From a bacterium (GTDB lineage: Bacteria > SAR324 > NAC60-12): a DNA stretch of 64,000 bases. Shown in pieces: positions 38,963 through 49,425 of this stretch. The notes under the pieces were generated by a model. The model saw only the letters and a list, made by a program, of their open reading frames with translations, made no database searches and was not told the DNA's origin. How positions within the stretch are numbered: the first letter of the stretch is position 1; every line of letters begins with the position of its first letter. The stretch spans positions 448,001 to 512,000 of the forward strand of contig CBDDTI010000745.1 in assembly GCA_965233585.1 (NCBI GenBank). The letters run 5' to 3'. The position numbers were made by a program, and so were the translations under genes.

Positions 38963-39853
38963 TTAAAAATAAATAATAAATGTGAAAGAAACTACCCATA
39001 GCATTAAATTAATTTGTGTAAATCTATCATAAAATAAAATTTTTACAGGAGAGGCACTTTTTTCTTGTACAAAAGTTATTTGGAGATAATTCATAAATCC
39101 TAAAATAACAAAAAATGATGTTAAATATAGGTATTGATGTTTTACATTTAGCAAAACATCATTTGAAATAGTATAAATAATATAAGAAATGATTGTAACC
39201 GATGCTGAAATACTTATAAGTGAGTCAATAAATTTTAAATTATAACCATTTAAAGAAACTCTTATTTGTTCATTGCTTTTTAAAAAATAAACAACATCAT
39301 CTCTACGTTTTGTTAATGCTAAAAATAAAGAAAGCAAGAAAGTCATAATCACAATCCATTTGGACAAATCCACAGAAGATACTAATGACCCAACAAAAAG
39401 CCTTAAAATAAATCCAATAGCAATTATTGTAATATCCAACAAAGCTATTCTTTTTAAATAATAGCTGTATAAAAAATTTAACACAACGTAACCAATAAAC
39501 AATATCAATACTTCATATGATAGAAATATCCCTGTAATAGTTAAGCTAATAGTGAGTATTAAAAAAGAACAACTTAATGCTAAGCGTATAGAAATTTGAC
39601 CAGATACTAAAGGGCGATATTTTTTAATAGGATGTAATTGATCTGAATCAATATCACAATAATCATTAAAAATATAAATAGCACTTGCTACCAGAGAAAA
39701 TAAAACAAATGCCATTCCAACATTGAAGATAGATTCAAATACAACTATTTGACCACTAAAAAACACGGGAACAATAATAAATACATTTTTAGAATAATGA
39801 GAAACTCTCATTATTCTAAGTAAAGGTTTTAAAGTATCTTTTGACTTTTTCAT
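38963..39853 (-). CDS. UbiA-family polyprenyl-phosphate phosphoribosyltransferase
   Basis: R..HY.KN, YIFND..D...D..HP.K..RP, YS..LK, KRR motifs of DPPR synthase-like enzymes. Confidence 0.88.
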   Translation of the reverse strand: MKKSKDTLKPLLRIMRVSHYSKNVFIIVPVFFSGQIVVFESIFNVGMAFVLFSLVASAIYIFNDYCDIDSDQLHPIKKYRPLVSGQISIRLALSCSFLILTISLTITGIFLSYEVLILFIGYVVLNFLYSYYLKRIALLDITIIAIGFILRLFVGSLVSSVDLSKWIVIMTFLLSLFLALTKRRDDVVYFLKSNEQIRVSLNGYNLKFIDSLISISASVTIISYIIYTISNDVLLNVKHQYLYLTSFFVILGFMNYLQITFVQEKSASPVKILFYDRFTQINLMLWVVSFTFIIYF

Positions 39854-39906
39854 AACATCAACACACCATATTTACTTTTCAATTTAGGATATTTTGAATT
39901 AGGGAT

Positions 39907-41394
39907 TTAATAGTCATAATTCGGAAAACATTGATTTTCTATCAACCCAAATTGTACAGACACTAAAAAAGGATTTGTAATTTGAGGTCTATCACCAGGC
40001 AGAATATTTTTTATACGGTAATATTTATCTTTTTTTATATCTAGTGTATTTGATTCTTGAAAACATCTAGAGACATCCTTATAAAGTTGTAAAATTTCCT
40101 CATATCTATCATCATTTATAGATCCTTGATATGTTTTAATTAGGTAAACATATTGTCCTTTGTCTATTGATAATCTAGATTTCACGTTGGATACGTAATA
40201 AGTTTTATAATTTTTACTACTAAAATGAAAGTATATCGTAGGATCATATGTTACAATTATTTTATTTTTTGAGTTCCCTATCAATTGGAATAATTCAAAT
40301 ATTGGCAAATTATAAGAATTTTTTCCTGTATTTGACCTTGTAACTAAGTTTATTACCGAAACTACTGATAGTAGCAACGCAGAAACAAAACATATTTTTC
40401 TAAAGGTAGCTTGTTTAACACAAGAAAAAAAGTAAGATATTGTGAAGTAAAAAGGTACTGAAAGCGAGATACTATTGCGATATTTTCCTCCAATGCCTGA
40501 TATAATCATCAACAAAGACATAACTAAAATTAAAATCAAACTTTGTGTGATGACCAAAGGTCTATTTTGACTATAATTTGATAGTCCTGATATTACAACT
40601 AAAAAAATTAATATTACAAAAGCAAAAAAATATGGATTTGCTATAAAAACACTACCTCCATTTACTATTCCATAAGCAACATTGAATATAGAACTTAATA
40701 AGCTAGAAGTTTGACCCTGATTATTATTGAGATGAATGTCAAAAAAAATATATATCTGATAAGAACATAAAAAAATATATAAAATGGATAAAATTAAAAT
40801 ATTGTGGATAGTTAAATCATATCTTCTTACAAATAAAAAAAGAAAAAATAGAGATATTAAAAGAATAAAAGTTAAGTAGCTAATGTATGTCATCAGAGAC
40901 AAAATAACCCCTATAACAATAATATTTTTAGGTTTCAGATATTGATTTTTTAGTAAATATACATATAGCACGATAAAGAGAGCCACCCAATAGGAGTACC
41001 ATCTCATGCTATTCGTCCATAGTAGCAATCCCCCATTTAAAAAAGTAAAAATCAGAAGTAAAATTTTTGCATCATTACCTTTCAATTTATTTTCTGAAAA
41101 ATTATAAAAATAACAAATTGCACTAATGTTACAAAACATGGAAAACACTAAAATAGCTTTGTAAGACGAAAACAATTCATATATTAGCTTGTTTAAGATA
41201 TAAGATAATGGAGGGTGAACATCAGATTTTTGGAGATAAATCAACATATCACTCCAAGATTGTGATATGACTTGAATGTTAAAAACTTCATCGTCATAGT
41301 AGTGATGACGAAAGAAAATGATGGAACACGAAACCGATAAGTAAAGCGAAGCTCCTACGAACAGTAGTTTCTTAGGAGAAAGTGTAGGGACCAT
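39907..41394 (-). CDS. Polytopic GT-C fold glycosyltransferase (putative)
   Basis: YYDDE after TM1, DVHPPLSY and RWYS, about 11 TMs and a soluble C-terminus. Probable start ATG 41394. Confidence 0.75.
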   Translation of the reverse strand: MVPTLSPKKLLFVGASLYLSVSCSIIFFRHHYYDDEVFNIQVISQSWSDMLIYLQKSDVHPPLSYILNKLIYELFSSYKAILVFSMFCNISAICYFYNFSENKLKGNDAKILLLIFTFLNGGLLLWTNSMRWYSYWVALFIVLYVYLLKNQYLKPKNIIVIGVILSLMTYISYLTFILLISLFFLFLFVRRYDLTIHNILILSILYIFLCSYQIYIFFDIHLNNNQGQTSSLLSSIFNVAYGIVNGGSVFIANPYFFAFVILIFLVVISGLSNYSQNRPLVITQSLILILVMSLLMIISGIGGKYRNSISLSVPFYFTISYFFSCVKQATFRKICFVSALLLSVVSVINLVTRSNTGKNSYNLPIFELFQLIGNSKNKIIVTYDPTIYFHFSSKNYKTYYVSNVKSRLSIDKGQYVYLIKTYQGSINDDRYEEILQLYKDVSRCFQESNTLDIKKDKYYRIKNILPGDRPQITNPFLVSVQFGLIENQCFPNYDY

Positions 41395-41408
41395 TGACTT
41401 ATCGTGTC

Positions 41409-42644
41409 TCAAATATATTCTTCCACCCAAGGTAATCCGTAACGATTTAAATCCTCCATGTAGGGGTCAGGGTCAAACTCCTCCACATTATAAACTCCTG
41501 CTTGTTTCCATTGACCTTCTAGTAAAAGTTTTGCCCCAATCATCATTGGAACACCTGTTGTGTAAGAGACAGCTTGTGCCCCAAGCTCTTTAAAGCAGTC
41601 TTGGTGATTACATACATTGTAAATATACAATTTTTTCTTTTGACCATTTTTTTGCCCTTCAATCATACAACCTATGCAAGTTTTACCGACCGTTGACTCT
41701 CCCAGAGATGAAGGAGCAGGCAAGACCGCTTTGAGAAATTGCAATGGAACAATGCGATGTCCTTCATAGTTGATTGGCACGATGGAGGTCATACCAACGT
41801 CTTGCAGGACAGAAAGGAATTTGAGGTATTGGTCTGAAAAAGTCATCCAAAAACGAATCCTTTGAATTTCAGGGTAATTTTTGACCAATGATTCCAGTTC
41901 TTCATGGTAAATCAAGTACATGGAACGTTTCCCTATTTGTGGAAAATCAAAAACCTCCTTCATCTCAAAAGGCTCTGTTTCAACCCACTTGCCAGCCCCC
42001 TGATAAGGTCCTCCCTCTGCGAATTTTGCAAAACGTTTGCTTGATGGAAATTGGTCGTAATACATTCCATTTTGAGTGACCTCTCTGATGTTAATTTCAG
42101 GGTTAAAATTAGTCGCAAAAGGTTTGCCGTGGTCTCCACCATTAGCATCCATGATGTCAATATAGTCCATGGTGTCAAAGTGATGTTTTTTAGCATAAGC
42201 ACAGAAGACGCCAGTGACTCCGGGGTCAAATCCTGAACCTAAAATAGCAGTCAATCCTTTTTCACGGAATTTATCAAAATAGTCCCACTGTGTGCCATAA
42301 AAAAAGGTGGGTTTATCAGGATGTTCATAGCTTGCAGAATCAATATAATGCGTCCCTGTTTCAAGGCAAGCGTCCATGATGGTCAGATTGTGGTAAGGCA
42401 TGCCTGTATGAATCACAAGCTGGGGTTGTTGAGCCTGAAATAAAGCAACCAGTTCTCTAGTGTTGGAAGCATCTACTTGAGCAGTTGTAATATTGGGATG
42501 CCTGAGACAGCTTTTGACTTCCTCACAGCTTTCTATCCTACGGCTTGCCAAACAAATCTTTGAAAAGACATCAGGCAGTCCTGCACATTTTTTGGCTGCC
42601 ACACTTCCCACTCCACCAATCCCAATAATAACAACTGAACTCAT
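41409..42644 (-). CDS. Carboxy(nor)spermidine dehydrogenase/synthase (saccharopine dehydrogenase family)
   Basis: IIGIGGVG, GSGFDPG, GDHGKPFATNFNPEINIRE, HEELESL, QAVSYTTGVP. Confidence 0.92.
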   Translation of the reverse strand: MSSVVIIGIGGVGSVAAKKCAGLPDVFSKICLASRRIESCEEVKSCLRHPNITTAQVDASNTRELVALFQAQQPQLVIHTGMPYHNLTIMDACLETGTHYIDSASYEHPDKPTFFYGTQWDYFDKFREKGLTAILGSGFDPGVTGVFCAYAKKHHFDTMDYIDIMDANGGDHGKPFATNFNPEINIREVTQNGMYYDQFPSSKRFAKFAEGGPYQGAGKWVETEPFEMKEVFDFPQIGKRSMYLIYHEELESLVKNYPEIQRIRFWMTFSDQYLKFLSVLQDVGMTSIVPINYEGHRIVPLQFLKAVLPAPSSLGESTVGKTCIGCMIEGQKNGQKKKLYIYNVCNHQDCFKELGAQAVSYTTGVPMMIGAKLLLEGQWKQAGVYNVEEFDPDPYMEDLNRYGLPWVEEYI

Positions 42645-42748
42645 CGCTTATCTCCTTGAAAACTGAGTTTAAAAATAAATAAAAGACTTCAATCAAATTA
42701 AGTCATTCAATCACACCACTTTCTGAAATTTTTCTTACCCTAACCAAT

Positions 42749-43648
42749 CTATTCAATATGCAACCATTTCTTACGTCGTTCATTCAAAGCATTTAAAAGC
42801 GGATACTTTTGTTTAAGGGGCTTTAAAAACTTTTCTTTAAACCTCACATAATAGCTTTTTTGAACATCATGGCTGTGTGCTTTATCAAAGTTTATGCCTT
42901 CTTGATAAGGTAGGTTATCCTGATGAGGAAGATTTTCTTTGGGACGTGCATGCCATACTGACAAAAAATCATCGTATTGATAATTTTCAGGAACTGTAGA
43001 GTAATAGTAAAGAGCAACAGACTTTCTAGTTCGTTCGGGAGGGCAAGTCAAAGGGTCAGGGTGTCCGTGATAGCTAAACTTGTCTGTGTTAAAAATGACG
43101 CAACGATTAAAAATCGGAGAGATACGATGATGGCATTTTTGCATCTGTGAATCCCATAATTCCAAATGTCCCCCATACTCTTCTTGCCATTCAGAATTGA
43201 GGTAAATTAACAAGTTAATTTTTCGTTCCAAATTAGGCAGATAAGTATGTTTAGTAAAATCGTGATGCACTTTTAGAAAACCTCCTTGTCCAATTTGATG
43301 GATTCCTCCCCCCAAATAGTACGGGTCACTAACTAGCCCCTTAAGTCCTGTTAATTTTTCTAAAAAACGCAAGGTCACAAGAGAATTTAATTCAAATAGC
43401 AAAGTTCTCAATGGCTCGTTCAAATATTCTACATCGCTGAAACCTGTTTTTGATTTTTGAAAAGTGTCATCTCCTTTTCTCCATTCAATGACATCATTTT
43501 GTGAAGGAAATATCTCTTCAACTTGTTTCAAAGGTTCTTCTGGCAAAAAATGATCTATCACCACATGCGGAAAAGGTTCTGCAGACTGATACTGCTTTTG
43601 GTATTTTTTGACAATCTCATTAAGGTTATTTGTATTGAGAAAAAGCAT
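42749..43648 (-). CDS. 2OG-Fe(II) oxygenase
   Basis: PFPHVVID, HHD (HxD), YGGHLELW, SYHG, RKS. Confidence 0.9.
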   Translation of the reverse strand: MLFLNTNNLNEIVKKYQKQYQSAEPFPHVVIDHFLPEEPLKQVEEIFPSQNDVIEWRKGDDTFQKSKTGFSDVEYLNEPLRTLLFELNSLVTLRFLEKLTGLKGLVSDPYYLGGGIHQIGQGGFLKVHHDFTKHTYLPNLERKINLLIYLNSEWQEEYGGHLELWDSQMQKCHHRISPIFNRCVIFNTDKFSYHGHPDPLTCPPERTRKSVALYYYSTVPENYQYDDFLSVWHARPKENLPHQDNLPYQEGINFDKAHSHDVQKSYYVRFKEKFLKPLKQKYPLLNALNERRKKWLHIE

Positions 43649-43871
43649 ATTCAGTCAAAGATGATGGTTATCAAAGGAAGCATTCATTTTCAAATTTTAA
43701 GAACAAACAGGGTATAGGAACTCTTTTGGAGTGTCAAATTGATTGCGTTCCACTAAAGACGGGCAAATTCCTATTTTCCTACACCAGCTGACTTAGGAAG
43801 TCATTTTTCAAAAAATGCTGAATAAATAATTTTTTCAAATGCCAATTTTCTGTAAATTCAGCAAAAAGCAC

Positions 43872-43900
43872 TTGACAACAAAACAAGACTTCTCTAACCT
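43872..43900 (+). promoter_or_regulatory. Sigma70 promoter upstream of dppA
   Basis: TTGACA-17 bp-TAACCT. Confidence 0.6.
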
Positions 43901-43978
43901 TTCCTAATCGTTTTTTAACCCTGCCTTATTTGATAGGGCAATTTTTAATCTATCTTAAACCCATAACAAAAAGGTTTT

Positions 43979-45556
43979 ATGAAAAAAAGTCTCTCTGGTG
44001 TTGCATGTTTTCTTGCTCTTGGAGCATCACAAGCAGCATTTGGCAAAACGTTAGTCTACTGTTCTGAAGGAAGCCCTGAAGGATTCACCCCTGCACTTTT
44101 CACTGCAGGAACAACCTTTGATGCGTCCTCAAGGAACGTCTTCAATCGTCTTTCTGAATTTAAAAACGGCTCAACCCAAGTGATTCCTGCACTTGCTAAA
44201 TCGTGGAAAATTTCTGAAGATGGAAAAACTTACACTTTCAATTTGCGAAAAGGTGTGAAGTTTCACAGCACTAAGTACTTTAAACCAACAAGGGATTTCA
44301 ATGCCGATGATGTTCTTTTCACATTCAATCGTCAAAGGCTAGAAAGCCACCCCTACCACAAAGTGTCCAATGCCACTTATGAATATTTTGGTGCAATGGA
44401 TATGGGTGATCTTATCAAAGACATCGTCAAAGTTGATGACTATACCGTCCGCTTTGAATTGAACTACCCAGAAGCACCATTCATTGCAAATATGGCAATG
44501 GACTTTGCGTCAATTCACTCAAAAGAATACGCAGACAAAATGTCTGATGCTGGGACAAAAGAAATGTTTGACCAAATGCCTATTGGCACAGGTCCCTTTG
44601 CTTTCGTCACCTACAAAAAAGACGCTTTAATCCGCTACAAAGCACATAAGCAGTACTTCCGAGGTAAGTCAAAAATTGACAACCTCGTCTTTGCAATCAC
44701 TCCTGACAACTCTGTACGTTACCAGAAACTCAAAAAAGGAGAATGCCACATTATGCCCTATCCCAACCCTGCTGACATTGCCAGTATGAGGAAAGATAAG
44801 CAGTTGAAGATGATGGAACAAGAGGGACTGAACGTAGGTTACTTGGCTTATAACACGCAGAAAAAACCCTTTGACAATCCCAAAGTCAGAAAAGCATTGA
44901 ATCATGCGATTGACAAGCAAGCTATCATTGATGCTGTCTTTCAGGGTTCTGGGAAAATTGCCAAAAATCCTATTCCTCCTACTATGTGGTCGTACAATAA
45001 CGCAGTCAAAGATGACGAATACAATCCAGCCGAAGCAAGGCGTTTGCTGAAAGAAGCAGGGATTAAAAATTTGAAAACGAACATCTGGGCAATGCCTGTG
45101 CAACGACCATATAACCCGAACGCAAGACGTATGGCAGAATTGATTCAGTCCGATTGGAAAAAAGTTGGGGTTGATGCAGAAATCGTCAGCTACGAGTGGG
45201 GAGAATACCTGAAACGTTCCAAAGACCTTGAGCATGAAACGCTTTTGCTTGGTTGGACTGGAGACAATGGAGACCCTGATAACTTCCTACAAGTTTTGCT
45301 TGGTTGTGGCTCGCCTGCTAATCGTGCAGGATGGTGTGATGAAAAGTTTGACAGCTTGACCAAAAAAGCAAAAACAATCTCTGACGTCAAACAACGCACA
45401 AAACTCTACAAAGAAGCACAACTTGTCTTCAAAAAAGAAGCTCCTTGGGCAACCATTGCTCACTCTGTCGTGTACATGCCAATGAGAAAGGAAGTCGTGG
45501 GATACAAAGTTGATCCCCTTGGTGGTCATGCCTTCTATGAACTAGACTTGCGTTAA
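43979..45556 (+). CDS. dppA: Dipeptide ABC transporter substrate-binding protein
   Basis: KTLVYCSEGSPEGF, PIGTGPF, WAMPVQRPYNPN, GWTGDNGDPDNF. Confidence 0.95.
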   Translation: MKKSLSGVACFLALGASQAAFGKTLVYCSEGSPEGFTPALFTAGTTFDASSRNVFNRLSEFKNGSTQVIPALAKSWKISEDGKTYTFNLRKGVKFHSTKYFKPTRDFNADDVLFTFNRQRLESHPYHKVSNATYEYFGAMDMGDLIKDIVKVDDYTVRFELNYPEAPFIANMAMDFASIHSKEYADKMSDAGTKEMFDQMPIGTGPFAFVTYKKDALIRYKAHKQYFRGKSKIDNLVFAITPDNSVRYQKLKKGECHIMPYPNPADIASMRKDKQLKMMEQEGLNVGYLAYNTQKKPFDNPKVRKALNHAIDKQAIIDAVFQGSGKIAKNPIPPTMWSYNNAVKDDEYNPAEARRLLKEAGIKNLKTNIWAMPVQRPYNPNARRMAELIQSDWKKVGVDAEIVSYEWGEYLKRSKDLEHETLLLGWTGDNGDPDNFLQVLLGCGSPANRAGWCDEKFDSLTKKAKTISDVKQRTKLYKEAQLVFKKEAPWATIAHSVVYMPMRKEVVGYKVDPLGGHAFYELDLR

Positions 45557-45568
45557 ATTTTCTCTCCC

Positions 45569-45602
45569 AAAGCTAGGCTCATATTTTTTGAGTCTGGCTT
45601 TT
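45569..45602 (+). terminator. Hairpin/terminator after dppA
   Basis: AAAGCTAGGCTCA-loop-TGAGTCTGGCTTTT. Confidence 0.6.
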
Positions 45603-45714
45603 CTCCCCTGAAAACTAACCCCCTTGAAAATCATGAAAGATGTTGCAATCATATCTTTGGTGTTTCGCAATATAGTCTAAAAATGGGTTTGGTAGAAGAG
45701 ACCTTCAAAACAGA

Positions 45715-46626
45715 ATGGAATATTTTTTACAGCAGTTAATCAATGGTCTTGCACTGGGTGGTGTTTACGGATTGATTGCAGTAGGTTACACCATGGTTTA
45801 TGGAATTATCGGCATGATCAATTTTGCTCATGGTGATATTTTCATGGTTGGTGGATTTCTCTCATTGATTGCCATTTTGTTTGTTTCAGCATTGGGGTCA
45901 TGGGTTTTGTTTTCCGTTGCTGCAGCACTTGTTTTTTCCATTGCCGTCACTAGTTTATATGGTTGGGCGGTGGAACGGGTGGCGTATCGTCCTTTAAGAC
46001 ATTCTTTCAGACTTGCTCCTTTGCTGTCTGCGATTGGCATGTCCATCTTTCTTCAAAATTATGTCCAAATCGCTCAAGGGGCAAGAAGTAAGCCTTTAGC
46101 TCCTGTTCTACCGGGTGGCGTGACACTCATTCCTAGTGATGTTTTCCCCGTCCAAATTAGCTATCTTCAAATTGCGATTTTTCTCATCACCATTGTTGTC
46201 ATGTCCGTTTTTTCATGGGTTATTACAGGTACCAAATTGGGACGCGCCCAAAGAGCGTGTGAACAAGATATGCGAATGGCAGAGTTATGCGGAGTTCCAG
46301 TAGACCGTGTCATTTCACTGGCTTTTGTCATGGGTTCAGGATTGGCAGCAGTGGCAGGAGCAATTTTTTTGCTTTACTATGGGGTGGTTGATTTTTTCAT
46401 CGGCTTTCTTGCAGGTGTGAAGGCATTTACTGCGGCTGTGCTGGGAGGAATTGGCTCGTTACCCGGTGCTGTGCTGGGAGGAATATTGATTGGATTGATT
46501 GAGACATTCTGGTCTGCCTATTTTTCCACAGAGTACAAAGACGTCGCAGCGTTTTCAATTTTAGTGTTAGTTTTAATTTTTAAGCCCACAGGGTTTCTTG
46601 GTAAGCCAGAAGTAGAGAAAGTATGA
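45715..46626 (+). CDS. livH: Branched-chain amino acid ABC permease LivH
   Basis: QQLINGL..G..YGLIAVGYTMVYGIIGMINFAHG, KAFTAAVLGGIG. Confidence 0.96.
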   Translation: MEYFLQQLINGLALGGVYGLIAVGYTMVYGIIGMINFAHGDIFMVGGFLSLIAILFVSALGSWVLFSVAAALVFSIAVTSLYGWAVERVAYRPLRHSFRLAPLLSAIGMSIFLQNYVQIAQGARSKPLAPVLPGGVTLIPSDVFPVQISYLQIAIFLITIVVMSVFSWVITGTKLGRAQRACEQDMRMAELCGVPVDRVISLAFVMGSGLAAVAGAIFLLYYGVVDFFIGFLAGVKAFTAAVLGGIGSLPGAVLGGILIGLIETFWSAYFSTEYKDVAAFSILVLVLIFKPTGFLGKPEVEKV

Positions 46627-47900
46627 GCGATTCGTCCCAAAACAAACTCAAAATTAAAGAATCTCTTCAAAATGCGCTGCTTACCTCAACCATTGTTTTA
46701 GTACTGGCATTCCCCATCGTTGGCATGAGGACAGTAGACCAGCAAGCGAAACTCATCATTCAATATGAATGGGAACGAGTTGGCATTTTGGTGTTAGCCG
46801 CCTTCATTGGTCGCTTCATTGTGAATGTAATCTATTCTTCAGGTGCTTTTAAAAACATCTCTTTCCAAATCTTGCCCAAACACTCTAAAACATGGGACAA
46901 ACAGCATCTTTTGATTGCTTTAGGTAGTGTTTTGGTTGTCTTCAGTCTCTTGTTGCCTGTGCTTCCTTTCTCTTCACGTTACGTGATTGATGTTGCCATT
47001 CTTGCCTTAACCTATGTCATGTTGGGCTGGGGGTTGAATGTTGTCGTTGGGCTGGCAGGGTTGCTTGACCTTGGTTATGCAGGATTTTATGCAGTGGGTG
47101 CGTATGGCTATGCGCTACTTGCACAGTACTTTGATTTTACGTTTTGGCAAGCTCTTCCTATTGCGGGATTATTTGCGGCATTTTCTGGTCTTTTGCTTGG
47201 TTTTCCTGTTTTAAGACTCAGGGGTGATTACCTTGCCATTGTCACACTTGGATTTGGTGAGATCATTCGCGTTGTCTTGTTGAATTGGTATGACTTGACC
47301 AACGGACCTGATGGTGTTTCAGGGATTCCAAGACCCAGTTTTTTTGGATTAGAGTTTAAGAGAAGAGTCAGAGAAGGGGAAACGTTCCATGAGTTTTTTG
47401 GGTTAGAATACTCGCCTATACACCGATTAATTTTTCTATATTATGTCATCTTAATTCTTGCACTTTTGGTAAACTTCCTGACAATTAAGTTAAGAAAATT
47501 GCCTGCTGGCAGAGCATGGGAAGCATTGCGTGAAGATGAAATTGCATGCCGTTCTCTTGGTGTCAATCCCACCAACACCAAACTCACAGCATTTGCGTTG
47601 GGTGCTACCTTTGCAGGATTTGGTGGTGCTTTTTTTGCCACGAAGCAAGGATTTATCTCGCCCGAAAGTTTTACATTCATTGAATCAGCCATCATTTTAG
47701 CTATTGTGGTTCTTGGTGGAATGGGTAGCCAACTTGGTGTTGCCATCGCCGCCATCGTGTTAATAGGAGGCACAGAGCTTTTTAGAGAATTAGAAGAATA
47801 CCGCATGTTGACTTTTGGTTTGCTCATGGTCGTCATGATGGTCTGGAAGCCCACAGGATTTGTAGGGAAACGAGAGCCTTCAATCAAATTAAAAATTTAA
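46623..47900 (+). CDS. livM: Branched-chain amino acid ABC permease LivM
   Basis: GLNVVVGLAGLLDLG, LRLRGDYLAIVTLGFGE. Confidence 0.96.
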   Translation: MSDSSQNKLKIKESLQNALLTSTIVLVLAFPIVGMRTVDQQAKLIIQYEWERVGILVLAAFIGRFIVNVIYSSGAFKNISFQILPKHSKTWDKQHLLIALGSVLVVFSLLLPVLPFSSRYVIDVAILALTYVMLGWGLNVVVGLAGLLDLGYAGFYAVGAYGYALLAQYFDFTFWQALPIAGLFAAFSGLLLGFPVLRLRGDYLAIVTLGFGEIIRVVLLNWYDLTNGPDGVSGIPRPSFFGLEFKRRVREGETFHEFFGLEYSPIHRLIFLYYVILILALLVNFLTIKLRKLPAGRAWEALREDEIACRSLGVNPTNTKLTAFALGATFAGFGGAFFATKQGFISPESFTFIESAIILAIVVLGGMGSQLGVAIAAIVLIGGTELFRELEEYRMLTFGLLMVVMMVWKPTGFVGKREPSIKLKI

Positions 47901-47908
47901 AACTCAAC

Positions 47909-48715
47909 ATGAGTGAGCAAACAGTCTTAAATGTCCAACATCTAAGCATGCACTTTGGAGGGTTAGCTGCCATTGATGACGTTTCGTTCTCTGCAAGTCT
48001 CGGAAAGATTACAGCAGTCATTGGTCCAAATGGAGCAGGCAAGACCACACTTTTTAATTGCTTGACAGGTTTCTATCGTCCCACACAAGGTTGCCTAGCA
48101 GTCTCAAGAGACAATCAAACCTTTTACTTAGAACAAATGAACGGGGTAGAAATCGCCAAAAAAGCAAAGATTGCAAGAACCTTTCAAAATATCCGACTTT
48201 TTTCTAAAATGACTGCACTTGAAAATTTAGTCGTGGCTCAACATAACCGCTTAATGAAGCAGTCGGGATACAACATTTACGGAATTTTAGGCTTAAAACG
48301 TTACAAAGATGCAGAAAGACAAGCGATTGAAAAAGCAAGATACTGGCTTGAAACTGTGGGAATTGATTTAAAACTCGCCAACACAGAAGCAGGTAGCTTT
48401 CCCTATGGAGAACAAAGAAAGTTAGAGATTGCACGTGCCATGTGTACCGAACCGATTTTGCTTTGTCTTGACGAACCTGCTGCGGGTTTGAACCCCAAAG
48501 AATCCAAAGGCTTGAATGAACTCTTGCTAAACATCGTGGACAAGCATCAAATCTCTGCACTTTTGATAGAGCATGACATGGACGTTGTGATGAATATATC
48601 AGACCACATTGTCGTTTTAGATTATGGTCAAAAAATCTCTGACGGCACACCAGACTTTATCAAAAATGACCCTGCTGTCATTAAAGCCTATCTTGGAGAA
48701 GAGGCAGTTGAATGA
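47909..48715 (+). CDS. livG: Branched-chain amino acid ABC ATPase LivG
   Basis: FGGLAAI, GPNGAGKTT, ARTFQNIRLF, LDEPAAG. Confidence 0.95.
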   Translation: MSEQTVLNVQHLSMHFGGLAAIDDVSFSASLGKITAVIGPNGAGKTTLFNCLTGFYRPTQGCLAVSRDNQTFYLEQMNGVEIAKKAKIARTFQNIRLFSKMTALENLVVAQHNRLMKQSGYNIYGILGLKRYKDAERQAIEKARYWLETVGIDLKLANTEAGSFPYGEQRKLEIARAMCTEPILLCLDEPAAGLNPKESKGLNELLLNIVDKHQISALLIEHDMDVVMNISDHIVVLDYGQKISDGTPDFIKNDPAVIKAYLGEEAVE

Positions 48716-49425
48716 AGTCCTTGCAAATTTCAAATTTAGTGGCACACTATGGCAACATTCAAGCATTGTCAGGAGTCAACCTAGAGGTCAATGCTGGTGA
48801 GATTGTCACCTTGATTGGTGCAAATGGAGCAGGCAAGTCCACTTTATTAATGAACATTTGTGGAGTCGTGAGGGCATCAAAAGGCAGTGTGATTTATGAG
48901 GGTCAGGACATCACCCAAAAACCAGTGCATCAGATTATCAAGTTAGGCATTCGGCAATCTCCAGAAGGCAGACGCATTTTTCCACATATGAGCGTTTTGG
49001 AAAATTTAAAAATGGGAGCATTCATTACCAACCCAGAGTTTTTTGAAGAAGACCTGCAACATGTCTTTGAACTTTTCCCAAGGCTCAAAGAACGAGAATC
49101 ACAAAGGGGAGGAACGCTTTCAGGTGGAGAACAACAAATGCTAGCCATTGCACGTGCTTTGATGGGACGCCCTCATTTGTTGTTACTTGATGAACCTTCA
49201 TTGGGGCTAGCTCCGCTCATCGTTAAACAAATTTTTGAGATTATTGAACGCATCAACAAAGAAAACAAGATGACAATTTTTCTGGTAGAACAAAATGCAT
49301 TCCATGCACTGCGTCTGGCAGACCGTGCCTATGTCTTGGCTCATGGTGAAGTCATTCGTAGTGGTTCAGGCAAAGAATTACTCAACGATTCAGAAATCAA
49401 AGCAGCTTATTTGGGAGGACATTGA
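48712..49425 (+). CDS. livF: Branched-chain amino acid ABC ATPase LivF
   Basis: GANGAGKST, PEGRRIF, LSGGEQQM, DEPSLGLAP. Confidence 0.96.
   Translation: MKSLQISNLVAHYGNIQALSGVNLEVNAGEIVTLIGANGAGKSTLLMNICGVVRASKGSVIYEGQDITQKPVHQIIKLGIRQSPEGRRIFPHMSVLENLKMGAFITNPEFFEEDLQHVFELFPRLKERESQRGGTLSGGEQQMLAIARALMGRPHLLLLDEPSLGLAPLIVKQIFEIIERINKENKMTIFLVEQNAFHALRLADRAYVLAHGEVIRSGSGKELLNDSEIKAAYLGGH

Noticed and set aside
44669..45235. 188-aa antisense ORF within dppA, and similar shadow ORFs in rpoD, mreB, livM, prc and sdhA
   Set aside because: These are fully nested opposite or out of frame to confident genes and carry no motifs.
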